Source of the DNA: Candidatus Aenigmatarchaeota archaeon
GTDB taxonomy: Archaea > Aenigmatarchaeota > Aenigmatarchaeia > Aenigmatarchaeales > JACQIB01
Direction: 5' to 3'
DNA length: 19,505 bases
Assembly (NCBI GenBank): GCA_046760225.1
Contig: JBHIDR010000015.1
Coordinates: 1-19,505 of the forward strand
The translations under genes and the position numbers were made by a program. This document shows, in pieces, positions 1 through 7,721 of the stretch. Position 1 is the stretch's first letter. The number at the start of each line of letters is the position of its first letter. The notes under the pieces are model-generated. The model ran no database searches and was not told the DNA's origin. It was given only the letters and a program-made list of their open reading frames with translations.

Positions 1-560
1 GGGTTGTATATTATTTTTACGCCGTCCCCTGCTGCACCGGTTATCTTCTTAAGCACGTATGGATTGTTAAGCAGCTCCTCATTTCCCGATAATATCTCTT
101 CTAATGGCAGAATCTTTTTGTTTGGAGTATGTTCGGTTATGCCTTTGATACTGGCCTTACTATTCAGCTCGAATAGCATATCAGGTTCTACTGCACATAC
201 TGCTGGATCAATACAGTCATAGGGGTGCAGTATGTGCAATGATTTTGGTGGAAGCTTGTTTATTATATCTAAATATGTCTCAGGATCTTCATTGTCATAG
301 TACTCTATCTTAGCATCGTTCGGATTTAACCCGAAATTATCCTCCAGATATTTGAGCTGCTCCTTTGGCGCCTGTTTTGGCATCAAAAAATTTGCACCAG
401 TGATGACAGCAAGAGGCCAAGACCTCATTGTCTCGGCCACGATTACCTTGCTATTATATCCCCCTTCAGCGAACGGGTATTCAGGAATATTTCCCAAGTC
501 TTTGCCGTTGACAAGTTCAGGGTACTTGCTGAAAATATAATAAGAACTAAGCAGGCCTTT
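1..560 (-). CDS. ATP-grasp fold protein (putative amide/peptide ligase); 3' end runs off the window, start uncertain
   Basis: Not in the ORF track. Manual translation shows a stop-free minus frame from 560 to the window edge: KGLLSSYYIFSKYPEL...MRSWPLAV...MLFELNSK...NNPYVLKKITGAAGDGVKIIYN. The P-x-V-x-K-x3-G-x2-G-x-G-V segment matches the ATP-grasp B-domain loop. Candidate starts: CTG 554, TTG 497, ATG 428, ATG 383. Confidence 0.65.
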
Positions 561-668
561 CTAATCCACCCCTTTGGTTTGCTGTATCTTTCACCCCTAT
601 TACCTCTTATTAAAGTATTGGGCTTCGATAGGTATAAAGTTGATTCACAATTTTGGATAAAATAAGAC

Positions 669-699
669 ATAAATGTCCAATATAGAACATTTATATAAT
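669..699 (+). promoter_or_regulatory. Inverted repeat (candidate operator) overlapping the TATA box of the ACT-domain regulator gene
   Basis: ATAAATGT (669-676), 10-nt spacer, ACATTTAT (687-694) are perfect 8-bp arms. TTTATATAA (690-698) lies about 25 nt before ATG 719. No RBS is visible, consistent with a leaderless transcript. Confidence 0.5.
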
Positions 700-718
700 C
701 TCAATACAATCTAATTAC

Positions 719-1351
719 ATGAACATAACCAAAGCTACAAGGGAGTATATTGATCAGCATCCAAGCATAAAGGACTGCCTAAAGAAAGGAATAGTCAACT
801 ATTCTGCCCTTGCAAGGCACATTGCTGATGAACTGGGTGTCAGTAAGAAAAGGAACTTTGATGCCATACTTGTAGCATCCAGAAGGCATGCGAGGAAGCT
901 GAGGCATGTTGAGCAGGAAAAGAAGGTCCTAGGATTATTGAAGAGGAGCAAGGTCCATATCAAGACAAAAATATGCAGGCTGGCCCTGGAAAAGAACTAT
1001 TACACCTTCTCTGGACTGGCTAAATTGGCCAAGCTCCTCGAAGAAAAGCACTTGTTCCAGGTCGTCGAGGGAGAATCAGCAATAACCCTGATTATAGAGG
1101 AGGAAAGCCTGGAGAAGGCAAAGGATGTTCTGGAGGGAAACATAATCAATACAAAGAATAATCTGGCAGAAATTATAATAATAAGCCCAAGAGAGGCTGA
1201 AATCACAGTAGGCGTCACAGCTTATCTATCTTCCTTACTGTCGGACAATGGAATCAATGTAATCTCCACCATGGGCAGCTACAAAGATGATATCTTTGTA
1301 GTTGAAAGCAAAGACATAAGCAAAGTACTGGAAATTTTCGGTAAATTTTAA
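719..1351 (+). CDS. ACT-domain protein with N-terminal helical/HTH-like domain (putative amino-acid-responsive regulator)
   Basis: N-terminal PSIKDCLKKGIVNYSALARHI motif. C-terminal aspartokinase-like ACT repeats (FQVVEGESAITLII; GVTAYLSSLLSDNGINVISTMGSYKDDIFVV). Confidence 0.8.
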   Translation: MNITKATREYIDQHPSIKDCLKKGIVNYSALARHIADELGVSKKRNFDAILVASRRHARKLRHVEQEKKVLGLLKRSKVHIKTKICRLALEKNYYTFSGLAKLAKLLEEKHLFQVVEGESAITLIIEEESLEKAKDVLEGNIINTKNNLAEIIIISPREAEITVGVTAYLSSLLSDNGINVISTMGSYKDDIFVVESKDISKVLEIFGKF

Positions 1352-1759
1352 TTATCTTATCTTTCTGAGCCTTTCAAATAATTCTTCCATGCTTTCAAAT
1401 TCGATTATCTGGTCGGCTGTCTGGTGTATGAAAGTTGTTCTTATGCCTTTCCTTATGGCCAAGATGAACCTCTTGCCCTTTGCAAGGGCATAGCCGATTT
1501 CCAGCAGCATTCCCTCGCTTCTTTCCTCTGAGTTCACGAAAGCGAGAACAGCGTCTGATTTGTCCAACTCCTCAAACGCGTGTTCCAGTATCTGCTTTTT
1601 TGTAAAATTATTTTTCCTGTAATAATCTTCCTTCCAATATGAGCAGAAATGCTCATGGCCGGCTTTTTCCAAGCTGGAGCAGATTCCCTGTATGTTTTCC
1701 TTTAATTCCTTGTCATCTTCTCCTGTGAACCTGAACGCTATGAATATTTTCATAATCAT
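1352..1759 (-). CDS. Nucleoside 2-deoxyribosyltransferase (NDT)/Rcl-like N-glycosidase family protein
   Basis: KIFIA first strand; LDKSDAVLA; S-E-G-x3-E-I-G-Y-A-x-A-x-G-K motif containing the catalytic Glu. ATGA overlap with the upstream gene. Confidence 0.8.
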   Translation of the reverse strand: MIMKIFIAFRFTGEDDKELKENIQGICSSLEKAGHEHFCSYWKEDYYRKNNFTKKQILEHAFEELDKSDAVLAFVNSEERSEGMLLEIGYALAKGKRFILAIRKGIRTTFIHQTADQIIEFESMEELFERLRKIR

Positions 1760-2610
1760 CCGCCGCCGAATATGTAGCCGCCGCCCGGAGGTATGAGCTT
1801 CTGGATGTCTTCCAGAGGTATTTCCTCTATTAATGGGACGTCTTCTGGCATTGCCTTAATGAGAATCTTTTTCTTGATTTGTTTTGCAAGCTCTGCCTGT
1901 GAAATATCGCCTGGCTTTAATGTGACAAAGTATTCTGCGTTCTTGTTCACTGCCTGCACAGCACCGCATATGGGCTTTGCAATCCTCTTGCCTTCCTTGT
2001 CCTTTTGGAACATGATTCCTATTGCGATCTTTATTTCCATCTTCTTGAGGTAGTTCCTCTTGTGGAACATGAAAGAGCCCTTTGGAAGGTATTCGCCAGC
2101 AGGCGCTTTCTTGCTAACTTCATCATGCTTTGCAAAGAAGGCCCTCATGCTTCCAAGTCCCTGCTTCCATGCACTTGAGTAGGAAATTGCAAACTCTCCG
2201 GCCTCCCTCACAGCAAGGGGTGTTACTGGCTTTCCTTCTGATTTGATTATTGTCAGAGGTGCTCCAGAGATCTCAGCATGAAGAACTATATCACCTTCCT
2301 GCAGGTGCTTCTTGAAGAGCATCTCGTTCTGCGTTGCATCCCTTCCACCAATAACAAGAAAGCCATCGCTTGTGATCATCCAGCGGAACTTCTCGAACCA
2401 CTTGCCCCTTCTCCTCTTCCTCGGTGCTTTCTTCGGTTCTTTCTTCTTCAGGCCCTTCTTCAGTTTCCTTACCTGCCTCCTGGTCTTTTCCAGTGCCTTC
2501 TTTGTTGCCTCTATCTTGCTCTTTGCCCATTTGGCCTCCTCAAAATATTTCTCAGCATTCTCCTGCACTGTCTTCCTGAAATCAATCTCTACTTCTTTCT
2601 TTTTTGCCAT
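1756..2610 (-). CDS. rqcH: Rqc2/RqcH (NEMF, NFACT family) C-terminal half: second coiled-coil helix, NFACT-R and NFACT-C
   Basis: EIDFRKTVQENAEKYFEEAK, KWFEKFRWMITSDGFLVIGGRDATQNE, HAEISGAP, YSSAWK, VSKKAPAGEYLPKGSF and LKPGD are typical of archaeal Rqc2. It has its own RBS (AGGAGATCAAC-ATG). Confidence 0.9.
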   Translation of the reverse strand: MAKKKEVEIDFRKTVQENAEKYFEEAKWAKSKIEATKKALEKTRRQVRKLKKGLKKKEPKKAPRKRRRGKWFEKFRWMITSDGFLVIGGRDATQNEMLFKKHLQEGDIVLHAEISGAPLTIIKSEGKPVTPLAVREAGEFAISYSSAWKQGLGSMRAFFAKHDEVSKKAPAGEYLPKGSFMFHKRNYLKKMEIKIAIGIMFQKDKEGKRIAKPICGAVQAVNKNAEYFVTLKPGDISQAELAKQIKKKILIKAMPEDVPLIEEIPLEDIQKLIPPGGGYIFGGG

Positions 2611-3161
2611 GTTGATCTCCTGAAGAGCGGCAAATCATACTTGATTACAAGTGCTGCTGCAAAGAATGCAAGGCCTATGAAGAACACTATTGCCCATAAC
2701 CATTCCAGAATCATGTTCATGAAAGGCTCATAAGAAACTGGTGCTTCGGTTCCTGTGAATTCTGGTAGTGTCTTTGTTATTTCACCTGCTTCTATAGGTG
2801 TTGTCTGCCTGTATTCTCCTAATTGTGCTGGAACAAGTGAACTGTAAAGGTAAACAGACCCAACAAACATGAATATTACTCCCAAAGTAAGCATCACAGA
2901 GAACTGCACAGGGAACTTGGGCTTCACAAGGTTCCTTCCTTTCCTTGTAAGTTCATAATAAATCCATTTCCTCCCCGTGTGCCTTTTTTCTACCAGATTT
3001 GCTGATTTCAGTTGTTTCAGATGCCCAATAACAGTTGATGCTGCCAAATCCATCTCCTTGGAGAGCTCTGAAGGCATCTTTCTTCTCTCGGCCAGGCTCT
3101 TCATCATATCCACTCTTGTGTCTGATGAGAGTACTTTTATGGTCTTCTTGTCCAGCTTCAT
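2589..3161 (-). CDS. ArsR-family winged-HTH regulator with two C-terminal transmembrane helices
   Basis: KVLSSDTRVDMMKSL...SELSKEMDLAASTVIGHLKQLKSANLV...KWIYYELT is an ArsR-type HTH. Hydrophobic segments FSVMLTLGVIFMFVGSVYLY and WLWAIVFFIGLAFFAAALVI flank a loop of about 45 aa. Confidence 0.85.
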   Translation of the reverse strand: MKLDKKTIKVLSSDTRVDMMKSLAERRKMPSELSKEMDLAASTVIGHLKQLKSANLVEKRHTGRKWIYYELTRKGRNLVKPKFPVQFSVMLTLGVIFMFVGSVYLYSSLVPAQLGEYRQTTPIEAGEITKTLPEFTGTEAPVSYEPFMNMILEWLWAIVFFIGLAFFAAALVIKYDLPLFRRSTWQKRKK

Positions 3162-3277
3162 AATTAGGTTATTAGCTAATGGTAATTTAAATAGTTTCTT
3201 TTTGTTCGGTCTAAAGCTAACATTTTCATTGCCTTATAAAGTGGTGTTCTGGGCAGTCTTTAACTAGAGGTGATAAA

Positions 3278-4285
3278 ATGAAACTGAAGCATTTCATTGC
3301 TGTTCTTATGATAGGCATAATATCACTGGGGAGCACAGCAAGTGCTGCATTTGCAGAAGATACGCTAACCACAACCTGCGGCTACTATGATGAGAATGGT
3401 GACTGGCACGACGGAGGTTGCGACAGCCCTCTGATGGATGTGGTAATAGTTGTGGACAGCACAGGAAGCATGAGCGATGAGATAACACTGGTAAAGGCTA
3501 ACCTAGAAAACCTTGTGGAAGAGATTGCCAGTGGAAATCCAAGGCCTGATGTGAGATTCGGTATTGTGACATACAGGGACCATCCTCCTGAGGACAAGAC
3601 ATATGTGTACAAGAAACTCGACCTTACACATGATGTAGTTATTGTGACAGACTACATCAGAAGCATCAGTGCAAATGGGGGCGGCGACGGTCCGGAAGCT
3701 GTTGCTGATTCAATGCATGTTGCACTGGACATGGACTGGAGGCCTGATGCAAGAAAGATAGTTTATCTTGTGGGAGATGCTCCGCCACATGGGCTGAACC
3801 AGGACGAGCCCTGCCCTGATGGATTTGACTATATGGAAGAAATAAGCAGGGCGCAGGCAATGGAAATCACATTCTACACAATAGGCGCTAGCGGGATTGA
3901 TGGATATGCAAGGGGGGAGGACGTGTTCAAGGAAATAGCAGAACTCACAGGCGGAGAATATGAAAGGCTGACATACACCTACATGCCAGCAGAAGAGTAC
4001 TATGAGGAAAAGGGCCTGGATGAGAAAGAAATAGAAATAATAGAAGCTGATGCAAGCGTGTATGACAGGGAAACAGGTGAGGCTCTTGTTAGCACACTGC
4101 CTTCACTCATGGCTGGCTCAATGAAAGCAGAGGCAACAGCATTGGGAGTTGTGTATGACGATGTGGTTGACGACACAACCGATGACACAAAAGATGACGG
4201 GACAGTTGTGGACAAGAAACCAAAGAAAATGCACTTCAACCCGATTGCAGACTTCCTGAACTGGCTGTTTTCAATATTTGGTTAA
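3278..4285 (+). CDS. Secreted/surface von Willebrand factor type A (vWA) domain protein
   Basis: Signal peptide; MIDAS-like DVVIVVDSTGSM; VRFGIVTYRD; GGGDGPEA; LVGDAPPH; acidic linker; amphipathic C-terminus. RBS GAGGTGAT at 3267-3274. Confidence 0.9.
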   Translation: MKLKHFIAVLMIGIISLGSTASAAFAEDTLTTTCGYYDENGDWHDGGCDSPLMDVVIVVDSTGSMSDEITLVKANLENLVEEIASGNPRPDVRFGIVTYRDHPPEDKTYVYKKLDLTHDVVIVTDYIRSISANGGGDGPEAVADSMHVALDMDWRPDARKIVYLVGDAPPHGLNQDEPCPDGFDYMEEISRAQAMEITFYTIGASGIDGYARGEDVFKEIAELTGGEYERLTYTYMPAEEYYEEKGLDEKEIEIIEADASVYDRETGEALVSTLPSLMAGSMKAEATALGVVYDDVVDDTTDDTKDDGTVVDKKPKKMHFNPIADFLNWLFSIFG

Positions 4286-4324
4286 GAAACCGGAGATATC
4301 CGGTTTCTTTTTATCTCTTCTTTT
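4284..4324 (+). terminator. Stem-loop followed by a T-rich tract (intrinsic terminator-like)
   Basis: AAGAAACCGGA (4284-4294), loop GATA, TCCGGTTTCTT (4299-4309) form a perfect 11-bp stem, followed by TTTATCTCTTCTTTT. It begins at the vWA stop codon. Confidence 0.7.
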
Positions 4325-4335
4325 CGATTATTATT

Positions 4336-4941
4336 ATGATGATAAGGGCCATAGCGTTCGACATGGGCAGCGTGTATGTTTATGCGCCGAGCATGCTTTT
4401 TTACAAAGAAGCAGCCAAGTATTTTGGTATTTCAGCAAAAGAAATGAAGAAGGCCTTTCATGAGCAAAGAGATGACTTTCAGAAAGGCAAGATAAAGGAA
4501 AGTAAGTTCTGGGAGCAGTTCGCAGATGGCTATGGAAAGAAAGCTGATATGAAGGTTATCAGGAAGGCATGGAAAAGAATGACGGATAAAATGAGGGTCG
4601 ACCCTAGCATGGAAGTGGTGGTAAGAAAACTCAAAAAGAAGTACACAGTAGGTGTAATCTCAAACACGGTTGAGTATCATTATAATTTCATAAAGAGAAA
4701 GGGCTGGTACAAGCCGTTCAAACCAGTGATTTGTTCCTGCAAGGTCGGTTACAGAAAGCCTGAAAAAAAGATATACAAACTGTTCCTTCAGAAGGCAAAG
4801 GTCAAGGCAAGTGAAACAGTTTTCGTTGATGATAAGAAAGAATGTGTAGATGGTGCAAGGAGGGTAGGGATGAAAGCTATTTTATTTGAGAACGCACAAC
4901 AATTAAGAAGGGAGTTGGTAAAACTGGGTGTTGAGATTTGA
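4336..4941 (+). CDS. HAD-superfamily phosphatase (YihX/subfamily IA-like)
   Basis: Motif I IAFDMGSV, motif II VISN, motif III RKP, motif IV VFVDD, and GARRVGM. Confidence 0.9.
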   Translation: MMIRAIAFDMGSVYVYAPSMLFYKEAAKYFGISAKEMKKAFHEQRDDFQKGKIKESKFWEQFADGYGKKADMKVIRKAWKRMTDKMRVDPSMEVVVRKLKKKYTVGVISNTVEYHYNFIKRKGWYKPFKPVICSCKVGYRKPEKKIYKLFLQKAKVKASETVFVDDKKECVDGARRVGMKAILFENAQQLRRELVKLGVEI

Positions 4942-5474
4942 AAATACTCATATTGCTGGCTGTATTGGTTGTGTTTGCAGCAGGATGCGTGCAGCAAGAG
5001 GCAAGCACGTATTCTTGCGTATCTGACAGCGATTGCGTGAAGGTTGATGCTGGCTGCTGTGGATGCACTGCAGGCGGCAAGGCAACAGCAATAAACAAGA
5101 ACTTTGTTGAACAGTGGGACGCCAACCTGACAGGGAGCTGCAAGGACATAGTATGCGCAATGGTTATGTCTGATGACCCGAGCTGCTTTGCAGAGCCCAA
5201 ATGTGTGCAAGGGGAGTGTAAATTAATGGCTGCTGACTTGACTGCTGATATAATGGGTTCTTGCGAAGGAGTTGAAGAATGCCCTGAAGGATATGTTTGC
5301 TATTATTCAAAATATACGTTCCCAACGCCAGAAGGCGGATATATAGAAGGTCCACAGGAAGGAGACCTCATGTGCCATAAGCTGTGTGAAAGTGATGATG
5401 ATTGTGAAGGAAAATGTACTGAGACTGGAATGACAGTAGGAGATGCAATTACTACCCATAAAATATGCCGTTAA
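4938..5474 (+). CDS. Cysteine-rich lipoprotein
   Basis: TTG start overlapping the HAD stop; signal peptide with lipobox FAAGC; 18 further Cys in two clusters (10 and 8). Confidence 0.75.
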   Translation: MKILILLAVLVVFAAGCVQQEASTYSCVSDSDCVKVDAGCCGCTAGGKATAINKNFVEQWDANLTGSCKDIVCAMVMSDDPSCFAEPKCVQGECKLMAADLTADIMGSCEGVEECPEGYVCYYSKYTFPTPEGGYIEGPQEGDLMCHKLCESDDDCEGKCTETGMTVGDAITTHKICR

Positions 5475-5506
5475 TTATAAATGCGAGCTTGTCCAGAGTG
5501 AATAGC

Positions 5507-6010
5507 ATGGCTAAGAAAAAAGGAAAGAAGAAATATATTGTCCTGCTCATTGCACTTGTCATAATTCTGGCTGTGGCTTATGTTTATTTCTTCATAATAA
5601 GCCCCACATTTGTTGTAAAACCAGTAATAACAAAGACTGCACTTGGGGAAGACATAGGGGCCAGCAATGTGAACTGGATGGTGAACGAGCTCGGTGCATA
5701 CAAGCTGCATTCTGACCCTCTTAGCGGAGAGCCTGCTGTGATGGAAATCGAGATAACAGACACAGGAGAGAAGTTTGCTGTGACAATTGATGGCAATGTG
5801 CCATCAACTGAGGAGAGTGCTGCTGCGAGCCCTGATATCAGGATAAAGGTGGGAAGCGCGGACTTCACAGAGCTCTACAAATCAGAGGACATTGTCACAA
5901 AAGCAGTTGCAATGCAGAAACAAGGCAAGGTGCAGATAGAGCTTCTGAAGGGAATGGTAGAACTTGCAGCAAAAGGGTACAAGGCAATCTATGATGAGCT
6001 ACAGGTTTAG
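5507..6010 (+). CDS. Membrane-anchored protein with a possible SCP2-like (lipid-binding) domain
   Basis: Likely start is ATG 5507 (MAKKKGKKK followed by a TM helix), with TTATAAA about 26 nt upstream. C-terminal pattern FAVTIDG...PDIRIKV...DF...QGKVQIE resembles SCP2 by eye. Confidence 0.6.
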   Translation: MAKKKGKKKYIVLLIALVIILAVAYVYFFIISPTFVVKPVITKTALGEDIGASNVNWMVNELGAYKLHSDPLSGEPAVMEIEITDTGEKFAVTIDGNVPSTEESAAASPDIRIKVGSADFTELYKSEDIVTKAVAMQKQGKVQIELLKGMVELAAKGYKAIYDELQV

Positions 6011-7117
6011 AACAACTATACCTTCCTTTTCCCTTATTTCCTTTATTGCGCTTGCCTCAGGAGTTGTTTCTTTTTCCAGCCTTTCTTTTATTTCTTCCCA
6101 GCTCAGGCCCGAGTCCCTTGCCTTTTTTATTCCTGCAATTATGTTCTCAACCAGGCCATAATTGTTGTAGATGGCTTCTGCTTTTTTCCTGCTCTCCTTC
6201 TCTATCTTTCTCCATTTCTTTATTGCTTGCTTCTGTTCATCCACAATCCTTTCCAGCCTTTTCATTTCTTCTCCCATCTCTTCCTTCTTTTCCAGCTCTA
6301 TGCCAACTGCTTCCCTGTGCGTGAAATATTCATCAAGTGCTGTTGTGAATGAAGCAAAGCTCCTTGCTTCCTTTCCTTTGTAAAGTCTCATCTTTATTGG
6401 AACAATGTCTATTGGCTTTTTGTCCTCGAAGACTATCTGGGGATTGAATTCTTTTACTATAGAGTGTAAAGAAGAGAAAAGTGCCTTTTTCTCTTCTGCT
6501 GTCAGAGTATTGGAGATCTTTGTCTTTTCTATTCCTGCCCTCAAGCACAGCTCTTCTGCATAAAGGCCTGAGAATGACAAGTCAACCGCAAGAAATTTGA
6601 CAATTGGTTTCCTGCTAGAAGATATAAGGGATGCGAATTCCTGCGGACTTAATATAAAGGGGTTTGCAACAGCAGGAGGATAGTTGTACTTCTTTCTTGG
6701 TGTTATCTGCCTGTCCCTCCACAGCTGGACCTCTAGTGGCATTATTATCATGTAGTCCTTTTGGCAGAGGATTACATTGCCCTTTGAGAAGAGCTCGAAG
6801 ATAAGGATGTTGTTTTCTGTCTCCAGTTCAATTATCCTTTCAAAGCCTGGCTGGCGCACATCAGTTATAATCTGGCCAGAAATGTTTTTCCTCAGGTTCA
6901 TTGCAAAGCTTTCTGCCTCTCCTGCCACGCGCTTGTACTCAGAGATAAAGAGCTTTCCAGGAGCAAAATAAAGCTCGAAAGTGCCCTTGCCTGAAAGGAA
7001 GATCTCGAGCCTTATCTCCTTGTCCTTCTGGTAGGCTTTCTGTATTCTTCCTCCTATCAGGTTCTTGAGCTCATTCTTCAGAAACATCAGGTCCAGGCTA
7101 CTCAGTTCTGTTCGCAT
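5999..7117 (-). CDS. rqcH: Rqc2/RqcH (NEMF, NFACT family) N-terminal half: NFACT-N, HhH and first coiled-coil helix
   Basis: LSSLDL...GGRIQKAYQ, FAMNLRKNI, VRQPGFERII, LIFELFSKGNVIL, DRQITP..KY..PP, GLYAEELCLRAGI, SFTTALDEYF, AEAIYNNY. Ends at IKEIREKEGIVVLNL-stop, within the middle domain. Confidence 0.9.
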   Translation of the reverse strand: MRTELSSLDLMFLKNELKNLIGGRIQKAYQKDKEIRLEIFLSGKGTFELYFAPGKLFISEYKRVAGEAESFAMNLRKNISGQIITDVRQPGFERIIELETENNILIFELFSKGNVILCQKDYMIIMPLEVQLWRDRQITPRKKYNYPPAVANPFILSPQEFASLISSSRKPIVKFLAVDLSFSGLYAEELCLRAGIEKTKISNTLTAEEKKALFSSLHSIVKEFNPQIVFEDKKPIDIVPIKMRLYKGKEARSFASFTTALDEYFTHREAVGIELEKKEEMGEEMKRLERIVDEQKQAIKKWRKIEKESRKKAEAIYNNYGLVENIIAGIKKARDSGLSWEEIKERLEKETTPEASAIKEIREKEGIVVLNL

Positions 7118-7121
7118 ATAA

Positions 7122-7721
7122 TCACTTTTTGAATGTCATGAAAAACAGCGGGTCTTTGAATATGTCTTTGACATTGTTGAAAGCCTTTTTGACAACTTCT
7201 TCCTTAACTCTATGCTTTCCAGTAAGAGGATCGAATATCAGGAATTTGCTGTCTTTGAATCCTGCTATCACTATGAAGTGTAATCCTCTTTTACGACCTG
7301 TTAGAACACTTGAGTCAATCAAAGGAATAATAAAATCATTTTCCTTTACCGCTTTCTTCAGATGGTCGAAACTTATCTTCCTAGTGTAAATCTTTATACC
7401 AGTCTTCTTTGCCATTTTCTTGTAAAGGTCTCCCATATACATCATGTTTTTAACGTCTTTTTTGGAATAGCCCTGCTTTTTAGCAAACTTATAATGGGCC
7501 TTTCCACTCTTGTACATTTTCACTTTAATTTTATTTTTTGCAGCTATGTAACCCAGGGCATATGCTGAAGTATACCTATGTGGAAGTATTACTGCTTGGG
7601 TCCAGAACATGAACTCGTCCTCCCTCTTTAGCTTGAATTTCTGAGGATAGTAATGGTTCAGAATCATTAGCAAGCATGAAGGACCGCATGTATTATCCGT
7701 TGTCTGTTTGTACAGTCTCAT
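7122..7721 (-). CDS. Standalone peptidase C39-like (papain-fold) cysteine protease
   Basis: Likely start ATG 7721 after GGAAGGTGA. Q-x5-C (YKQTTDNTCGPSCL), His (GLHFIVIAG) and Asp (LIFDP) complete the triad. No signal peptide. Confidence 0.8.
   Translation of the reverse strand: MRLYKQTTDNTCGPSCLLMILNHYYPQKFKLKREDEFMFWTQAVILPHRYTSAYALGYIAAKNKIKVKMYKSGKAHYKFAKKQGYSKKDVKNMMYMGDLYKKMAKKTGIKIYTRKISFDHLKKAVKENDFIIPLIDSSVLTGRKRGLHFIVIAGFKDSKFLIFDPLTGKHRVKEEVVKKAFNNVKDIFKDPLFFMTFKK

Noticed and set aside
443..670. 75-aa minus-strand ORF in the ORF track
   Set aside because: It has no recognisable motif, spans the divergent promoter region and overlaps the better-supported ATP-grasp frame.
1756..7117. 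rqc2 pseudogene, mobile-element disruption or split-intein trans-splicing
   Set aside because: Both halves are uninterrupted with conserved motifs and the C-half has an RBS. No Hint motifs occur at the break. No integrase, transposase or obvious flanking repeats were seen in the intervening DNA.
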